Notes: a model not told the origin generated them from the letters alone. Shown: positions 1 to 11,246, counted from the first letter of the stretch. The stretch is 32,000 nucleotides of DNA from Mycolicibacterium smegmatis (GCF_001457595.1 NZ_LN831039.1:5220001-5252000), one strand, 5' to 3'. Numbers and translations are program-made.

Positions 1-333
1 GTCGACGACGGGTCCGACATCGGCGGCGGCGCGTCGATCATGGGCACGCTCTCGGGTGGCGGCAAAGAGGTCATCAAGGTCGGCAAGCGTTGCCTGCTGG
101 GCGCCAACTCGGGTCTGGGCATCTCACTGGGCGACGACTGCGTCGTCGAGGCGGGCCTTTACGTGACCGGCGGTACCAAGGTCACCACTGCCGACGGACA
201 GGTCACCAAGGCCATCGAGCTGTCCGGCGCGAGCAACCTGCTGTTCCGTCGCAACTCGCTGTCGGGTGCGGTCGAGGTGGTCAAGCGCGACGGTACGGGC
301 ATCACCCTCAACGAGGCCCTGCACGCCAACTGA
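1..333 (+). CDS. dapD: 2,3,4,5-tetrahydropyridine-2,6-dicarboxylate N-succinyltransferase, C-terminal part (5' truncated by window)
   Basis: Open frame from base 1: [58 protein letters not shown], left-handed beta-helix acyltransferase pattern typical of actinobacterial DapD. Confidence 0.9.
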   Translation, partial: VDDGSDIGGGASIMGTLSGGGKEVIKVGKRCLLGANSGLGISLGDDCVVEAGLYVTGGTKVTTADGQVTKAIELSGASNLLFRRNSLSGAVEVVKRDGTGITLNEALHAN

Positions 334-345
334 CGTTGACCGCGG

Positions 346-807
346 TCACTGCGTGAACGCGTGGGAGATGTGGATCTTCCAGCGCCCGTCGGGCTGACGC
401 TGGAAGACGTCCACCCCGTCCTCGTGAACGGTTTCCAGAACCGCGCCTGCCGAGTCGCGCACCGTCAGCGTCCAGACCAGCCGCACCGTCGCCAAATCCC
501 CGTCGACGAGAATCTCTTTGATGTCGGGCTCGTCGTAGTGCAGTGACTTCGACGGGTCGTTGAACCGGTCACGCATCTGATCGCAGAACCCATCCCGGTC
601 GCGGTCGGCCGAGTCCGGATACGCGAGCACCGCGTCGTCGGCGAACAGTCCGCACACCGCGTCGATGTCACGATCGTTGAAGGCCTGGGGCCACTGTCGC
701 AGTGCTTCTTCGATGGCCTGGCGATCCGCATCCCGGTCTGGGTTTCCGCACCCAGCAAGCACACTGACCGCTGCAACCACGAGAGCGAGCGCGCGCAACA
801 CCGTCAC
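346..807 (-). CDS. Putative lipoprotein with SnoaL/NTF2-like (DUF4440-type) domain
   Basis: 153 aa; signal peptide with lipobox VLAGC; body AIEEALRQWPQAFNDRDIDAVCGLFADDAVLAY...WKIHISH resembles NTF2-like folds. Confidence 0.75.
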   Translation of the reverse strand: MTVLRALALVVAAVSVLAGCGNPDRDADRQAIEEALRQWPQAFNDRDIDAVCGLFADDAVLAYPDSADRDRDGFCDQMRDRFNDPSKSLHYDEPDIKEILVDGDLATVRLVWTLTVRDSAGAVLETVHEDGVDVFQRQPDGRWKIHISHAFTQ

Positions 808-825
808 ATTGTGACGGCACTGCCG

Positions 826-2667
826 TCAGAACGGTGGGGGTTTGTTGTGTTCGGCGACGAGGTCGTCGTTGAGTTTGCGTTCGGCGGCGATGGTGCGGGC
901 GGTGTTCTGGGCGCGGGTGCGGCGTCGTTTGGGCATCTTGACCCCGCGCAGGTCGGGGTCGGCGGTAGGGATCGGGGTGGCCGGTAGGTCCAGTGCGCCG
1001 GTGGGTGCGGCCAGTTCGGTGATCGACAGGCGCCGGTGGCTTCCGGGCACAGTGGTGTACTCCCGCCCGGAAGGGGAGGTCCATACGATGGTGCCGTCGG
1101 GGTGTTGTCGGTCTGTCCAGCCGCGGGGGCCGGTCCAGAACGTTTTCAGAAGATGATGAAAACGACACAGACACTTCAGGTTTGAGGCATGCGTGGGCCC
1201 TGCGGGGTAGGGCACGGTGTGGTCGATGTCGCAGCGGTCGGCAGGTTTGTCACATCCGGGGAACCGGCAGGTCAAATCGCGGCAGCGCACATAGTCCGCG
1301 AGCGCGCGTGAGGGGATGTAGCGGTCTTCCGGTGGGGTGTCGCCGGGGTGGATCAGCGGGCGGATGGTGGCGTTGTTGATGATCTCGGCCAGCGCGTAGG
1401 CCGGCAGCACCCCGCCGCCGAACAGCACTGCCGGTGGCACCCGATCCAGGGGCTCCTCGTGCGGGGCGAGGAACGCCGACGGTGTGCCGCTGCTGGTTTC
1501 GGTGAACTCGGCGACAGTGAGGGATCCGGCGTCGCAAAAGGTTCCAGCGGACTCGGCGGTCTCGGTGGCGGTGTCGGTGTCGGCGGCGGGTGCGATACCG
1601 GGGTCGTTCTCGGTGCCCACGGTCTCGGTGTCGGCGGCGGTGTTGTCGGTGGCGGTGTTGCCGGTGTTGTCGGTGTCGGGTTCCCCGTCGGGGGTGGGTT
1701 CACCATAGGTGGGCGGTGCGCTGGTCTGCGCGGCGGCGTGTTGGGCGGCGGTGACGGTGTCTTCGCGGGCGATGACGTGCAAAACGAGGTGTCCGCGGGG
1801 GGATGTTTCGCGGCCGCGCGCACATTCGGGGTCGGCGCACTCACAGGCCAGGGTGGTGTGGTCGAGGATGGCGCCGAGGGCGTCGTGGCGCAGCTCGTTG
1901 AGGGTGCGCGGGTCTTCCGGGCACACCCCTTCGATGAGTTCGGCGATCCGGGCGTCGTAGGCGTTGCCGAGGTCGGCCTGCAGCCGCCCGTTGACCGACA
2001 GCACACCGGGGGCGTCGGTGGGGGAGCCGATGTCGAAGTAGCGACCGCGGCGTGAGGCGCGGCCGCGGCGGAAGGAGCCCGGGTCGTGTTTGAGGATCAG
2101 ATCATCAATGGTGTTGTCGATCTGTTTGAGGGTGAGTTTGCCCCAGGAGGTGATCTGGGCGGCCAGCTCGGCGTCGATGGCGGCGAGTTTGTTTGGGTCG
2201 AGGAACAGTGCGGTGCTCCAGCAGATGTTGCGCACGAGCATCTCGCTGACCAGCCCCGCGGCGAACACCTCGTTGACCTTGGGCAGCCGGTCACGCAGCG
2301 CGACCCCGCGCTGGGCCTGGTGCAGCGCGGCCCAAGCGGTGATGCCCTGGGCGGCGCCGAGTTGGGCGCCGACGGCGGCCTCGGGGTCGACGAACCACCC
2401 CCGCCGGTCCTCGGCGGTGGGGGTGGTGGTGGCGCGGATGAACAGCTCGGCCATCGCGGCGTGCTTGCGTGCCGAGGCGGAGGCTTCGGCCTGCGCCCAG
2501 CCGCGGGCCTGGCCTTCCAGGGCAGCGTCGGACAGCGCGGCAAACTGCGCGATCTCCACCAACGACCCTTCGTACATACGTTCGAATCTACCGTCGGCGA
2601 ACCCGCCGAGAACCCCCGCGAACCCGATCTGTGGATGAAAACGCATCTGGGGATAACCACAGCTCAC
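826..2667 (-). CDS. DUF222/HNH endonuclease domain protein of the 13E12 repeat family; start uncertain (2643 also possible)
   Basis: 613 aa ORF; C-terminal HNH motif CRFPGCDKPADRCDIDHTVPYPAGPTHASNLKCLCRFHHLLKTF..GW; N-terminal Ala-rich DUF222-like region. Confidence 0.88.
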   Translation of the reverse strand: MSCGYPQMRFHPQIGFAGVLGGFADGRFERMYEGSLVEIAQFAALSDAALEGQARGWAQAEASASARKHAAMAELFIRATTTPTAEDRRGWFVDPEAAVGAQLGAAQGITAWAALHQAQRGVALRDRLPKVNEVFAAGLVSEMLVRNICWSTALFLDPNKLAAIDAELAAQITSWGKLTLKQIDNTIDDLILKHDPGSFRRGRASRRGRYFDIGSPTDAPGVLSVNGRLQADLGNAYDARIAELIEGVCPEDPRTLNELRHDALGAILDHTTLACECADPECARGRETSPRGHLVLHVIAREDTVTAAQHAAAQTSAPPTYGEPTPDGEPDTDNTGNTATDNTAADTETVGTENDPGIAPAADTDTATETAESAGTFCDAGSLTVAEFTETSSGTPSAFLAPHEEPLDRVPPAVLFGGGVLPAYALAEIINNATIRPLIHPGDTPPEDRYIPSRALADYVRCRDLTCRFPGCDKPADRCDIDHTVPYPAGPTHASNLKCLCRFHHLLKTFWTGPRGWTDRQHPDGTIVWTSPSGREYTTVPGSHRRLSITELAAPTGALDLPATPIPTADPDLRGVKMPKRRRTRAQNTARTIAAERKLNDDLVAEHNKPPPF

Positions 2668-2782
2668 GCACTGAAAATGTCACACCCATGGTGTAAGGAG
2701 TCACCTTGTCGATTCCGCGATGGTGACCCACGTCGAGCGCTATGTTCCGCAGAGAGTGGGCCACCTGAGCCTGGAGGTCGTC

Positions 2783-3181
2783 ATGACCACAATCGGATCG
2801 CCAACCCGTTATCGGCTTCTCCAGATCGCACTCGTTGCCGCTGGGGTGGCGATGATCCTCCTCTATCCGCTGGCTGTCGTCTGGCCGTCCGGGTGGGCGT
2901 GGCATTCCGGGCCCCCGTATGAGTCGAACTATTTCATGATGATCGTCGGCCTGTACGTGACCCTGGGAGCGTTCCTCATCAACGCCGCGAGGCGCCCCGA
3001 AGCCAATGTGAGCCTCATCTGGTTCGCGGTGTGTTCCAGCGTCGTTCACGCGGTGATCATGGCGGTGCAGTCGTTCGGCAGTGGCCATCACATGGGGCAT
3101 CTGTGGGGAGATGTCCCGGCGCTGCTCCTCGCCGCCATCATCTTGGCGGTCCTCATGAAGGTGCCCGACCGTCAGGCGTGA
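2783..3181 (+). CDS. Small multi-pass membrane protein (DUF6632-like)
   Basis: Start MTTIGSPTRYRLLQIAL preceded by CTGGAGG; several hydrophobic helices. The ORF track start at 2720 is upstream of the likely start. Confidence 0.7.
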   Translation: MTTIGSPTRYRLLQIALVAAGVAMILLYPLAVVWPSGWAWHSGPPYESNYFMMIVGLYVTLGAFLINAARRPEANVSLIWFAVCSSVVHAVIMAVQSFGSGHHMGHLWGDVPALLLAAIILAVLMKVPDRQA

Positions 3182-3837
3182 GCGGCCTGCCGGATGAAGG
3201 CCGCAACGGCGTGCGGCTGGGACATGTAAACGGCGTGGCTCGCGGCGACCTGGATCGTGGTTGCGCCGGCCCGTGCCGCCATGGCACGTTGTGCGGCAAA
3301 GGGAATCATGCGGTCCTCGGTTGCGATCAGATACCAGCACGGTTTATGCCGCCACGCGGGGTCGGTCACTGTCGAGGTCATGGCGGCTTCCGACCATGGG
3401 ACCTGCGAATCTGCCAGGAACGCCGCGTCGGCCGCGGGTAGGTCCGCACCGAAAGAACTGTGGAACTTCGCTCGCGCCTGCACCAGGAATCCACCAGAGA
3501 GCGCGACGATCGGTGAGCCCGGTGCGCCTGGGTGACCGCCGAGCGCCTCGACCGACTCGCCGTCATCAGGTACGAATGCCGCGATGTAGACCAGAGCCGA
3601 CACGCTGTCGTGGCCACCCGCCTCGGTGATCACGGCGCCGCCGTAGGAATGGCCAACGAGCACAACCGGTCCCACGAGACCGTCGAGAACGCGCCGCGTT
3701 GCCTCCACGTCGCCGGACAACGACAGATTCGGTGTCTGCACCACATCGACGTGGTGCCCCACCCCCACAAGAAGGTCATACACCGCACGCCAGGTGGACC
3801 CGTCGACGAAAGCGCCGTGCACCAGGACGATGTTCAC
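3172..3837 (-). CDS. Alpha/beta hydrolase
   Basis: 221 aa, MNIVLVHGAFVDGSTWRAVYDLL...VVLVGHSYGGAVI nucleophile elbow GHSYGG; GTG start. Confidence 0.9.
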   Translation of the reverse strand: MNIVLVHGAFVDGSTWRAVYDLLVGVGHHVDVVQTPNLSLSGDVEATRRVLDGLVGPVVLVGHSYGGAVITEAGGHDSVSALVYIAAFVPDDGESVEALGGHPGAPGSPIVALSGGFLVQARAKFHSSFGADLPAADAAFLADSQVPWSEAAMTSTVTDPAWRHKPCWYLIATEDRMIPFAAQRAMAARAGATTIQVAASHAVYMSQPHAVAAFIRQAAHA

Positions 3838-4673
3838 GTCCCCGGCTCGAAGGTGTAGGTATCTCCGTGCGTGAGGTACACGAACTCTGTGGCCGCATCG
3901 GAGGTTTGGGCCGCACTCTGGAAATCGTCGAGTCCTGAGAGGAAAACGGAGAAATCGTTGTAGTGAATCGGAATCGCGACGCGCGGCTTGGTGATCTCGA
4001 CAGCGCGGACTCCCTGCTCACCCGTCATGGTGACGACGGTGACCAGGTACGTCGTACCACCGGTGTGGATCAGGCCGAGGTCGATCGCCGGGTAGCGACG
4101 CGGGATGTCGTGAAGGTCCTCGACAAGCATCGTGTCCCCCGTGATGTAGAGCCTGTAGAGCCGCTCTCCACCACGGCTGAAATCCAACAGATGTCCGTTG
4201 ACCGGCATGAGCATCGCGTCGACGGCGTCGTCCGTCGCGTGCTTGGCGGGCATCGCGGTGATGATCAGTGTCGCTTCGCCTTTGCGCACCTCAAGCGATT
4301 CCCAGGTGCTCAACGCGTACCCCTGATCGAAACCGAGCGGAGTCAGCTTCTCGATCGCGTCGGCAGTCGAGACGATTGGCAGCTTCTTGTCGAGTTGCTG
4401 GGCGGCGACGTCATCGAAATGGTCGCCGTGGTAGTGCGACAGCACCACGAGATCGATCGGTGGCAGGTCCGCGATCTGGCAGGCGGGCTCGACCTCGCGC
4501 CGGGCCCAGATACCGTGCCCCAGGTGGACGTGCTCGCCTTTGTGAAGGAAGGCGGGGTCGGTCAGGATGTTGAGCCCACCGAACCGGATCACCGTGGTGG
4601 CGTTGCCGACGAAGTAGACCTCACCCGTGCTGAAATCTGCGGCCTCACCGCCCGCGAGCTCCAAGGAAGTCAT
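3834..4673 (-). CDS. MBL-fold metallo-hydrolase (beta-lactamase-like / UlaG-like)
   Basis: 279 aa; VVLSHYHGDHFDD metal-binding motif (HxHxDH variant), LIHTGG, HYNDF. Confidence 0.88.
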   Translation of the reverse strand: MTSLELAGGEAADFSTGEVYFVGNATTVIRFGGLNILTDPAFLHKGEHVHLGHGIWARREVEPACQIADLPPIDLVVLSHYHGDHFDDVAAQQLDKKLPIVSTADAIEKLTPLGFDQGYALSTWESLEVRKGEATLIITAMPAKHATDDAVDAMLMPVNGHLLDFSRGGERLYRLYITGDTMLVEDLHDIPRRYPAIDLGLIHTGGTTYLVTVVTMTGEQGVRAVEITKPRVAIPIHYNDFSVFLSGLDDFQSAAQTSDAATEFVYLTHGDTYTFEPGT

Positions 4674-5031
4674 CGCATCCCGCCTTCCGGTCGTCGCACG
4701 TCCAGTGTGGGCTCGAATCGTCGGAATGGATAGAGGCCGCGGCGACCACTCCCCGTACGTGTAGGCGACGTGAGCGCATCACGGCCGTGTGAAAGCGTTT
4801 GTACGACACATCTTCAGCGCACACCCGGCAGGCGCTCGGCGACCACAGCATCACTCGGACTCTGCGACATGCCGCCGGTGTGGCATCGGCCGCCCAGCGA
4901 AACGCATGTCGCGTATGGGCGCGCCGGTCCCCCGACACGTCGTTTTGGCATATGACACTGACTTTGCCTGCTACAGTTCCGCGCACCGGAAGACGCGAGG
5001 TCGTAGTCCGCCTCTCCGAGAGGAGTTGCCC

Positions 5032-5403
5032 ATGGCCCTGATGTCATCCACCGCGCGGTGGGTCCTGTTGCCGGCGGGCGCCGCCTGCGCGGCGGTGGTC
5101 ACCGGTCTACTCGGATCGGTCACCGCGACAGCCGAGCCTGCGCCGCCGCGGCCGCCGAACTGCACGGCCGCCGACCTCGCCGGGATAGCGTCGGGCGTCG
5201 CGGCCGCGACATCGTCGTATCTGTTCACCCACCCCGACGTCAACGACTTCTACACGAGCGTGCGTGGCCGTCCGCACGAAGAGGCCTCCGCGGCCATCGA
5301 CGCCTACTTCGAAGGCAACCCGCAGGCCCACGCCGACCTCGCCGGTATCCGTCAACCACTCGTGGACTTCCGCAACCGCTGCGGTATCGCTCCGCCCAGT
5401 TAA
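5032..5403 (+). CDS. Secreted heme-binding / hemophore-like protein
   Basis: Start MALMSSTARWVLLPAG after GAGAGGAG; signal peptide ending near ATAEP; NCTAADLAG...YLFTHPDVNDFYTS...FRNRCG two-Cys helical pattern of mycobacterial hemophore-like proteins. Confidence 0.75.
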   Translation: MALMSSTARWVLLPAGAACAAVVTGLLGSVTATAEPAPPRPPNCTAADLAGIASGVAAATSSYLFTHPDVNDFYTSVRGRPHEEASAAIDAYFEGNPQAHADLAGIRQPLVDFRNRCGIAPPS

Positions 5404-5418
5404 CGTTCGGAGACAACG

Positions 5419-5742
5419 ATGTTCCGATCAGCATCACGACCGCTCGGTCTACGCGCGGCCATAGCCGCCCTGGCGTTCACCGCGCTTCCCGGCGCGATCA
5501 TCCTGCTCGCACCGGCAGGCACCGCCGCTGCCGACGTCTGCGCGAGCGCCGGCAGGCGGATCACGGTGGGCGGGTGTGTCAACGTCGCCGACGCCGTGGC
5601 GCCCTATGTCCCGCCGCCTGCCTACTACGCCCCGCTGCCCGGCGAGGCACCGCCACCACCGCCGCCACCACCGCCGGGCTCCAACGTCACCGGGTGTGTC
5701 GGCTGGAACGGCCGGTGGGTGAGCGCCAGCGGCTGCAACTGA
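5419..5742 (+). CDS. Small secreted proline-rich protein with four cysteines
   Basis: 107 aa; N-terminal signal peptide (IAALAFTALPGAIILLAPAGTAAA), nine consecutive prolines, Cys motifs at both ends of the mature chain. Confidence 0.65.
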   Translation: MFRSASRPLGLRAAIAALAFTALPGAIILLAPAGTAAADVCASAGRRITVGGCVNVADAVAPYVPPPAYYAPLPGEAPPPPPPPPPGSNVTGCVGWNGRWVSASGCN

Positions 5743-5756
5743 GCGATCCTGGCCGG

Positions 5757-6107
5757 CTACGACTCGGCTGCCAATACGCAGAACTCGTTGCCCTCAGGGT
5801 CGGCGAGTACCACCCAACTCTGCTCGCCCTGCCCGATGTCGACGTGGCGCGCGCCAAGGCCGATCAGCCGGTCGACCTCGGCCTGCTGGTCGTCGGGGGT
5901 GAAGTCGACGTGGAGGCGGTTCTTGACGGTCTTGCCGTCGGGCACCGCGAGGAACAACCAGACGGGGCCCTGTCCCGGCGGTGGCGTCAGCACGACGTCC
6001 CCGTCGGAGTCGGTGTGCTCGGGCCACCCGAGCGCCTGTGACCACCAGTGCCCCAACGCCTCCGGGTCGTGGGCGTCGATGCAGAGCTCGGAGAACCTCA
6101 ACGCCAC
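5757..6107 (-). CDS. VOC (glyoxalase/bleomycin-resistance) family protein
   Basis: 116 aa; RFSELCIDAHDPEALGHWWSQALGW...NRLHVDFTPDD...VVLADPEGNEFCVL. Confidence 0.88.
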   Translation of the reverse strand: MALRFSELCIDAHDPEALGHWWSQALGWPEHTDSDGDVVLTPPPGQGPVWLFLAVPDGKTVKNRLHVDFTPDDQQAEVDRLIGLGARHVDIGQGEQSWVVLADPEGNEFCVLAAES

Positions 6108-7504
6108 TGCGCGAGCTCCTTTTTGAGCACCTTCCCCATGGCGTTGCGTGGCAGGCTGTCCACGATCCTGACCTCGCGGGGCCGCTTGTGCACCGAGAGT
6201 TGCTTTGCGACAAAGTCGATGAGCGAATCGGACTCGGCATCGCCGACCACGTACGCGACGATGCGTTGCCCCAGATCGTCGTCGGGAACGCCGACGACGG
6301 CGGCTTCCTTGACGCCGGGGTGGCCGAGCAGCACGGTCTCGATCTCACCCGCGCCGATGCGGTAACCACCGGATTTGATGAGGTCGACCGACTCGCGGCC
6401 GACGATGCGGTGCATGCCGCCCGCGTCGATCACCGCGACGTCACCGGTACGGAACCAGCCGTCGTCGTCGAACGCCTCCGCGGTGGCCTCCGGGCGGTTG
6501 AGGTAGCCCTCGAACACCGTCGGGCCCTTGATCTGGAGACGTCCGATGGTCTCGCCGTCGTGCGGCACCTCGGCACCGTTCTCGTCCACCAGGCGCGTCC
6601 GGACACCCTCGATCGGCACCCCGACCCAACCGGGCCTGCGTTCGCCGTTGACCAAAGTGGTGATGGTGATCAGGGATTCGGTGCTGCCGTAGCGCTCCAC
6701 CGGCGGTTGACCGGTGAGCTTGGTCAACTGCTCGAACACGGGCACCGGCAGCGGGGCGCTGCCCGACACCAACAGGCGCGCCGACGACAGCGCGAGCGCG
6801 GCGTCGAGGTTGTTGACGACGCGCGACCACACCGTGGGCACCCCGAAGTACAGCGTGCCCTTGGCCTCGGCGTAGCGCTCCGGGGTGGGCTTGCCGGTGT
6901 GCACGAAGCGGTTTCCGATGCGCAGCGAACCGATCAGGCCGAGCACCAGACCGTGCACGTGGAACAGCGGAAGTCCGTGCACCAGCGTGTCTTCCGGCGT
7001 CCACTCCCACGCCTTGGCCAGCCCGTCGATGTCGGCGGCGATGGCGTTGCGCGTGATGGGCACGCCCTTGGGCAAACCCGTGGTGCCCGAGGTGTACATG
7101 ATGATCGCGGTCGATTCCGGCGGCGGTTCGGCGTAGCGGTGCCACGACCGGGCGTGCAGGCGCACCGGGATGTGCGGCAACCCCTCGGCGTCGTCGGGCC
7201 GCTCGCCGAGCCAGGCCTGAGCGCCGGAATCTTCGAGCATGTGGCGGCGCTCGGCGACGCCGACATCGGCGGGCACCGGGACGACGGTGACACCCGCGAT
7301 GAGGCAGCCGGTGATCGCGAGCACTGTGGTGGCGGTCGGTTTCGCGAGGACAGCGACGCGCTGTGCGACGGCGACGCGCTCGGCGACCGAGGTCGCACCG
7401 CCCACCAGGTCGCTACGGCTGAGGACGGCACCGTCGATGCGGACCGCGTCAGCGATGTCAGCGCCGGCGGCTACCGCTGCGGGATTCAGTGAGGCCAGCA
7501 GCAT
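6098..7504 (-). CDS. fadD36: Acyl-CoA synthetase (AMP-forming), FadD36-like
   Basis: 468 aa; AMP-binding motif TAIIMYTSGTTGLPKGVPITR, YGSTESL, FRTGDVAVID, final RNAMGKVLKKEL. Symbol from similarity and synteny. Confidence 0.85.
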   Translation of the reverse strand: MLLASLNPAAVAAGADIADAVRIDGAVLSRSDLVGGATSVAERVAVAQRVAVLAKPTATTVLAITGCLIAGVTVVPVPADVGVAERRHMLEDSGAQAWLGERPDDAEGLPHIPVRLHARSWHRYAEPPPESTAIIMYTSGTTGLPKGVPITRNAIAADIDGLAKAWEWTPEDTLVHGLPLFHVHGLVLGLIGSLRIGNRFVHTGKPTPERYAEAKGTLYFGVPTVWSRVVNNLDAALALSSARLLVSGSAPLPVPVFEQLTKLTGQPPVERYGSTESLITITTLVNGERRPGWVGVPIEGVRTRLVDENGAEVPHDGETIGRLQIKGPTVFEGYLNRPEATAEAFDDDGWFRTGDVAVIDAGGMHRIVGRESVDLIKSGGYRIGAGEIETVLLGHPGVKEAAVVGVPDDDLGQRIVAYVVGDAESDSLIDFVAKQLSVHKRPREVRIVDSLPRNAMGKVLKKELAQWR

Positions 7505-7590
7505 AGTGCGAGGCTACCCGGCGCGGTTTGCCCCCTGACCCGCGGCCGAAGGTACTCGACATCGCGCCGAATGATCGACAGGCTGGAGTC

Positions 7591-8085
7591 ATGAGTCCGT
7601 CGGCGCACCGTGACCGCGACGAATCGGGCCGTCCTCGCAATTCCCGGCCGCGCGACGCGCTGGGCCGCCCGTTGCCGTACGGCAGCAAGGGCATGGAGCG
7701 CATACCGGATGACCTGCATCTGTCGCCGACGGAATCGCTGGCCTTCGCCCAGCGGCTGCTGGATCTGGGGCATGCGTTCGCGGCCCACGAGGTGCTCGAG
7801 GCCGCGTGGAAGAACGGCCCGTCCGGTGAGCGCCCGCTGTGGCAGGGGTTGGCGCAACTGGCGGTGGGCATCACCCACGTGCAGCGGGGCAACCTTCCCG
7901 GCGCGGCCGCACTGCTACGACGAGCCTCGGAGCGGCTGGCGAAAGTCGACCTGCCCGCCCCGCACGACGTCGACGTCACCGACCTCATCCGGTATGCCGA
8001 GGCGCTCGCGAAAGACCTCACCGACGGGCGTGACATCGACGCCGAGCGGCTGCGCGTCCAGCTCATCGACAAGGCATCGCGATAA
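7591..8085 (+). CDS. DUF309 domain-containing protein
   Basis: MSPSAHRDRDESGRPRNSRPRDALGRPLPYG...LLDLGHAFAAHEVLEAAWK...LWQGLAQLAVGITHVQRGN, characteristic DUF309 HEvWE..W-type motif. Confidence 0.85.
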   Translation: MSPSAHRDRDESGRPRNSRPRDALGRPLPYGSKGMERIPDDLHLSPTESLAFAQRLLDLGHAFAAHEVLEAAWKNGPSGERPLWQGLAQLAVGITHVQRGNLPGAAALLRRASERLAKVDLPAPHDVDVTDLIRYAEALAKDLTDGRDIDAERLRVQLIDKASR

Positions 8086-8092
8086 TGGGGCG

Positions 8093-8632
8093 ATGGGAAT
8101 GATCCGGCAGGTCTCGACGCGTGAGGTGTACCGGAACAACTGGCTCACGCTGCGCGAGGACGCCATCGAACGCCCCGACGGCAGCGACGGCATCTACGCC
8201 GTGGTCGACAAACCCACTTACGCGCTGGTGATCCCACACGACGGCGAACGTTTCCACCTCGTCGAGCAGTACCGGTACCCGCTCGGCCTGCGCCGCTGGG
8301 AGTTTCCGCAGGGCACCGCGCCCGACCGGCAGGATCTGGAACCGCATGCGTTGGCCGAACGCGAATTACGCGAGGAGACCGGCCTGCGCGCGGCGCACCT
8401 GGTCAAGCTCGGCCTGCTCGACGTCGCAGCCGGCATGAGCAGCCAGCGCGGCTGGGTGTTCCTGGCGACCGAGCTCACCGAGGGCGACCACGAGCGTGAG
8501 CACGAGGAACAGGACATGCACAGCGCGTGGTTCACCCGCGCCGAGATCGAGGACATGATGCGCAGCGGTGACATCACCGATGCCCAGTCGATCGCGGCGT
8601 GGGCGTTGCTCCTGCTCTACGAGCGCCGTTAG
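8093..8632 (+). CDS. NUDIX hydrolase
   Basis: MGMIRQVSTREVYRNNW...; Nudix box-like QDLEPHALAERELREETGLRAAHL. Lies inside the longer ORF 7610..8632. Confidence 0.88.
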   Translation: MGMIRQVSTREVYRNNWLTLREDAIERPDGSDGIYAVVDKPTYALVIPHDGERFHLVEQYRYPLGLRRWEFPQGTAPDRQDLEPHALAERELREETGLRAAHLVKLGLLDVAAGMSSQRGWVFLATELTEGDHEREHEEQDMHSAWFTRAEIEDMMRSGDITDAQSIAAWALLLLYERR

Positions 8633-9582
8633 CGACGTTCGGCCAGCGCCCGCAGGAAGAACGTGAGGTTCGCCGGGCGTTCTGCCAGGCGCCGCACGAA
8701 GTACCCGTACCACTCGTAGCCGAACGGTACGTACACCCGGACGTGATTGCCCTCGTCGGCCAGGCGGCGCTGCTCCCCGTCGCGGATGTTGTAGAGCATC
8801 TGGTACTCGAAATCGTCCACCCCGCGGTGGTATTCGCGCGCGAGTGCGGGCACGGCGGCAATGATCTCCGGATCGTGCGACGCTACCATCGGGTAGCCGC
8901 GGCCGGCCATCAGGATCCGCAGGCACGTCAGGTACGAGTCGGTGACCTCGTCGGGGTCGCGGTACGCGACCGACGCGGGCTCGTCATACGCGCCCTTGCA
9001 CAGGCGGATTCGCGCACCCGAGGCCGCGAACTCCGCGCAGTCGGCGCGGGTGCGCTTGAGGTAGGCCTGCAGAACCGTTCCCAGCCAGTCGAACTCGGTG
9101 CGCAGATCCCGCACGATCGACAGCGTCGAGTCCGTGGTGGTGTGGTCCTCGGCGTCGACGGTCACCCAGGCTTCGATGTCACGGGCCTTGGCGCAGATGG
9201 TGTGCGCGTTCTCCAGCGCGATCTTCTCGCCGTCGCGTGGCAGCGCCTGCCCCAGCGCGGAGAGCTTGAGCGACACCTCGAGTGGCCGCACCTTCGCGTC
9301 ACTGTCGCTCTTGAGGCCCTCGAGCAACGCGAGGTACGCGGCCACGGTGTTGTCGGCGTCCTCCTTGCTGGTGGTGTCCTCGCCCAGATAGTCGATGGTC
9401 ACCAGCCGGCCCGAAGCACGCAGCGCCGCAGTGGCATCCAGTGCCTCGGGCACCGTCTCGCCCGCGACGAATCGGTCCACCACGCGGCGCGTGACCGGGA
9501 GTCGTTCGGCGGTGGCACGGAGGCGCTGCGAACGGGACGCGGCCAGGATGGCGGGTCGGGCGACCCGATCGAAGATGCCCAT
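8629..9582 (-). CDS. putB: Proline dehydrogenase (monofunctional)
   Basis: 317 aa; TVDAEDHTTTDSTLSIVR, RLCKGAYDEPASVAY, VRVYVPFGYEWYGYFVRRLAERPAN; adjacent to pruA. Confidence 0.92.
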   Translation of the reverse strand: MGIFDRVARPAILAASRSQRLRATAERLPVTRRVVDRFVAGETVPEALDATAALRASGRLVTIDYLGEDTTSKEDADNTVAAYLALLEGLKSDSDAKVRPLEVSLKLSALGQALPRDGEKIALENAHTICAKARDIEAWVTVDAEDHTTTDSTLSIVRDLRTEFDWLGTVLQAYLKRTRADCAEFAASGARIRLCKGAYDEPASVAYRDPDEVTDSYLTCLRILMAGRGYPMVASHDPEIIAAVPALAREYHRGVDDFEYQMLYNIRDGEQRRLADEGNHVRVYVPFGYEWYGYFVRRLAERPANLTFFLRALAERR

Positions 9583-9583
9583 G

Positions 9584-11212
<1,629 letters not shown>

Positions 11213-11246
11213 AGCTCAAGAATCGCTGACCTGGAGCCGTTTAGTT

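Noticed and set aside
826-2667. 13E12-family gene as evidence of an active mobile element
   Set aside because: No flanking inverted repeats, target duplications, integrase or transposase seen; treated only as a repeat-family gene.
2588-3340. 250-aa minus-strand ORF
   Set aside because: Antisense to the well-supported DUF6632-like gene, Arg/His/Pro-rich composition typical of high-GC shadow frames.
4645-4986. 113-aa minus-strand ORF upstream of the MBL gene
   Set aside because: No signature, overlaps the MBL 5' end; more likely intergenic sequence.
5981-7492. 503-aa plus-strand ORF
   Set aside because: Antisense shadow of fadD36; no domain signature.
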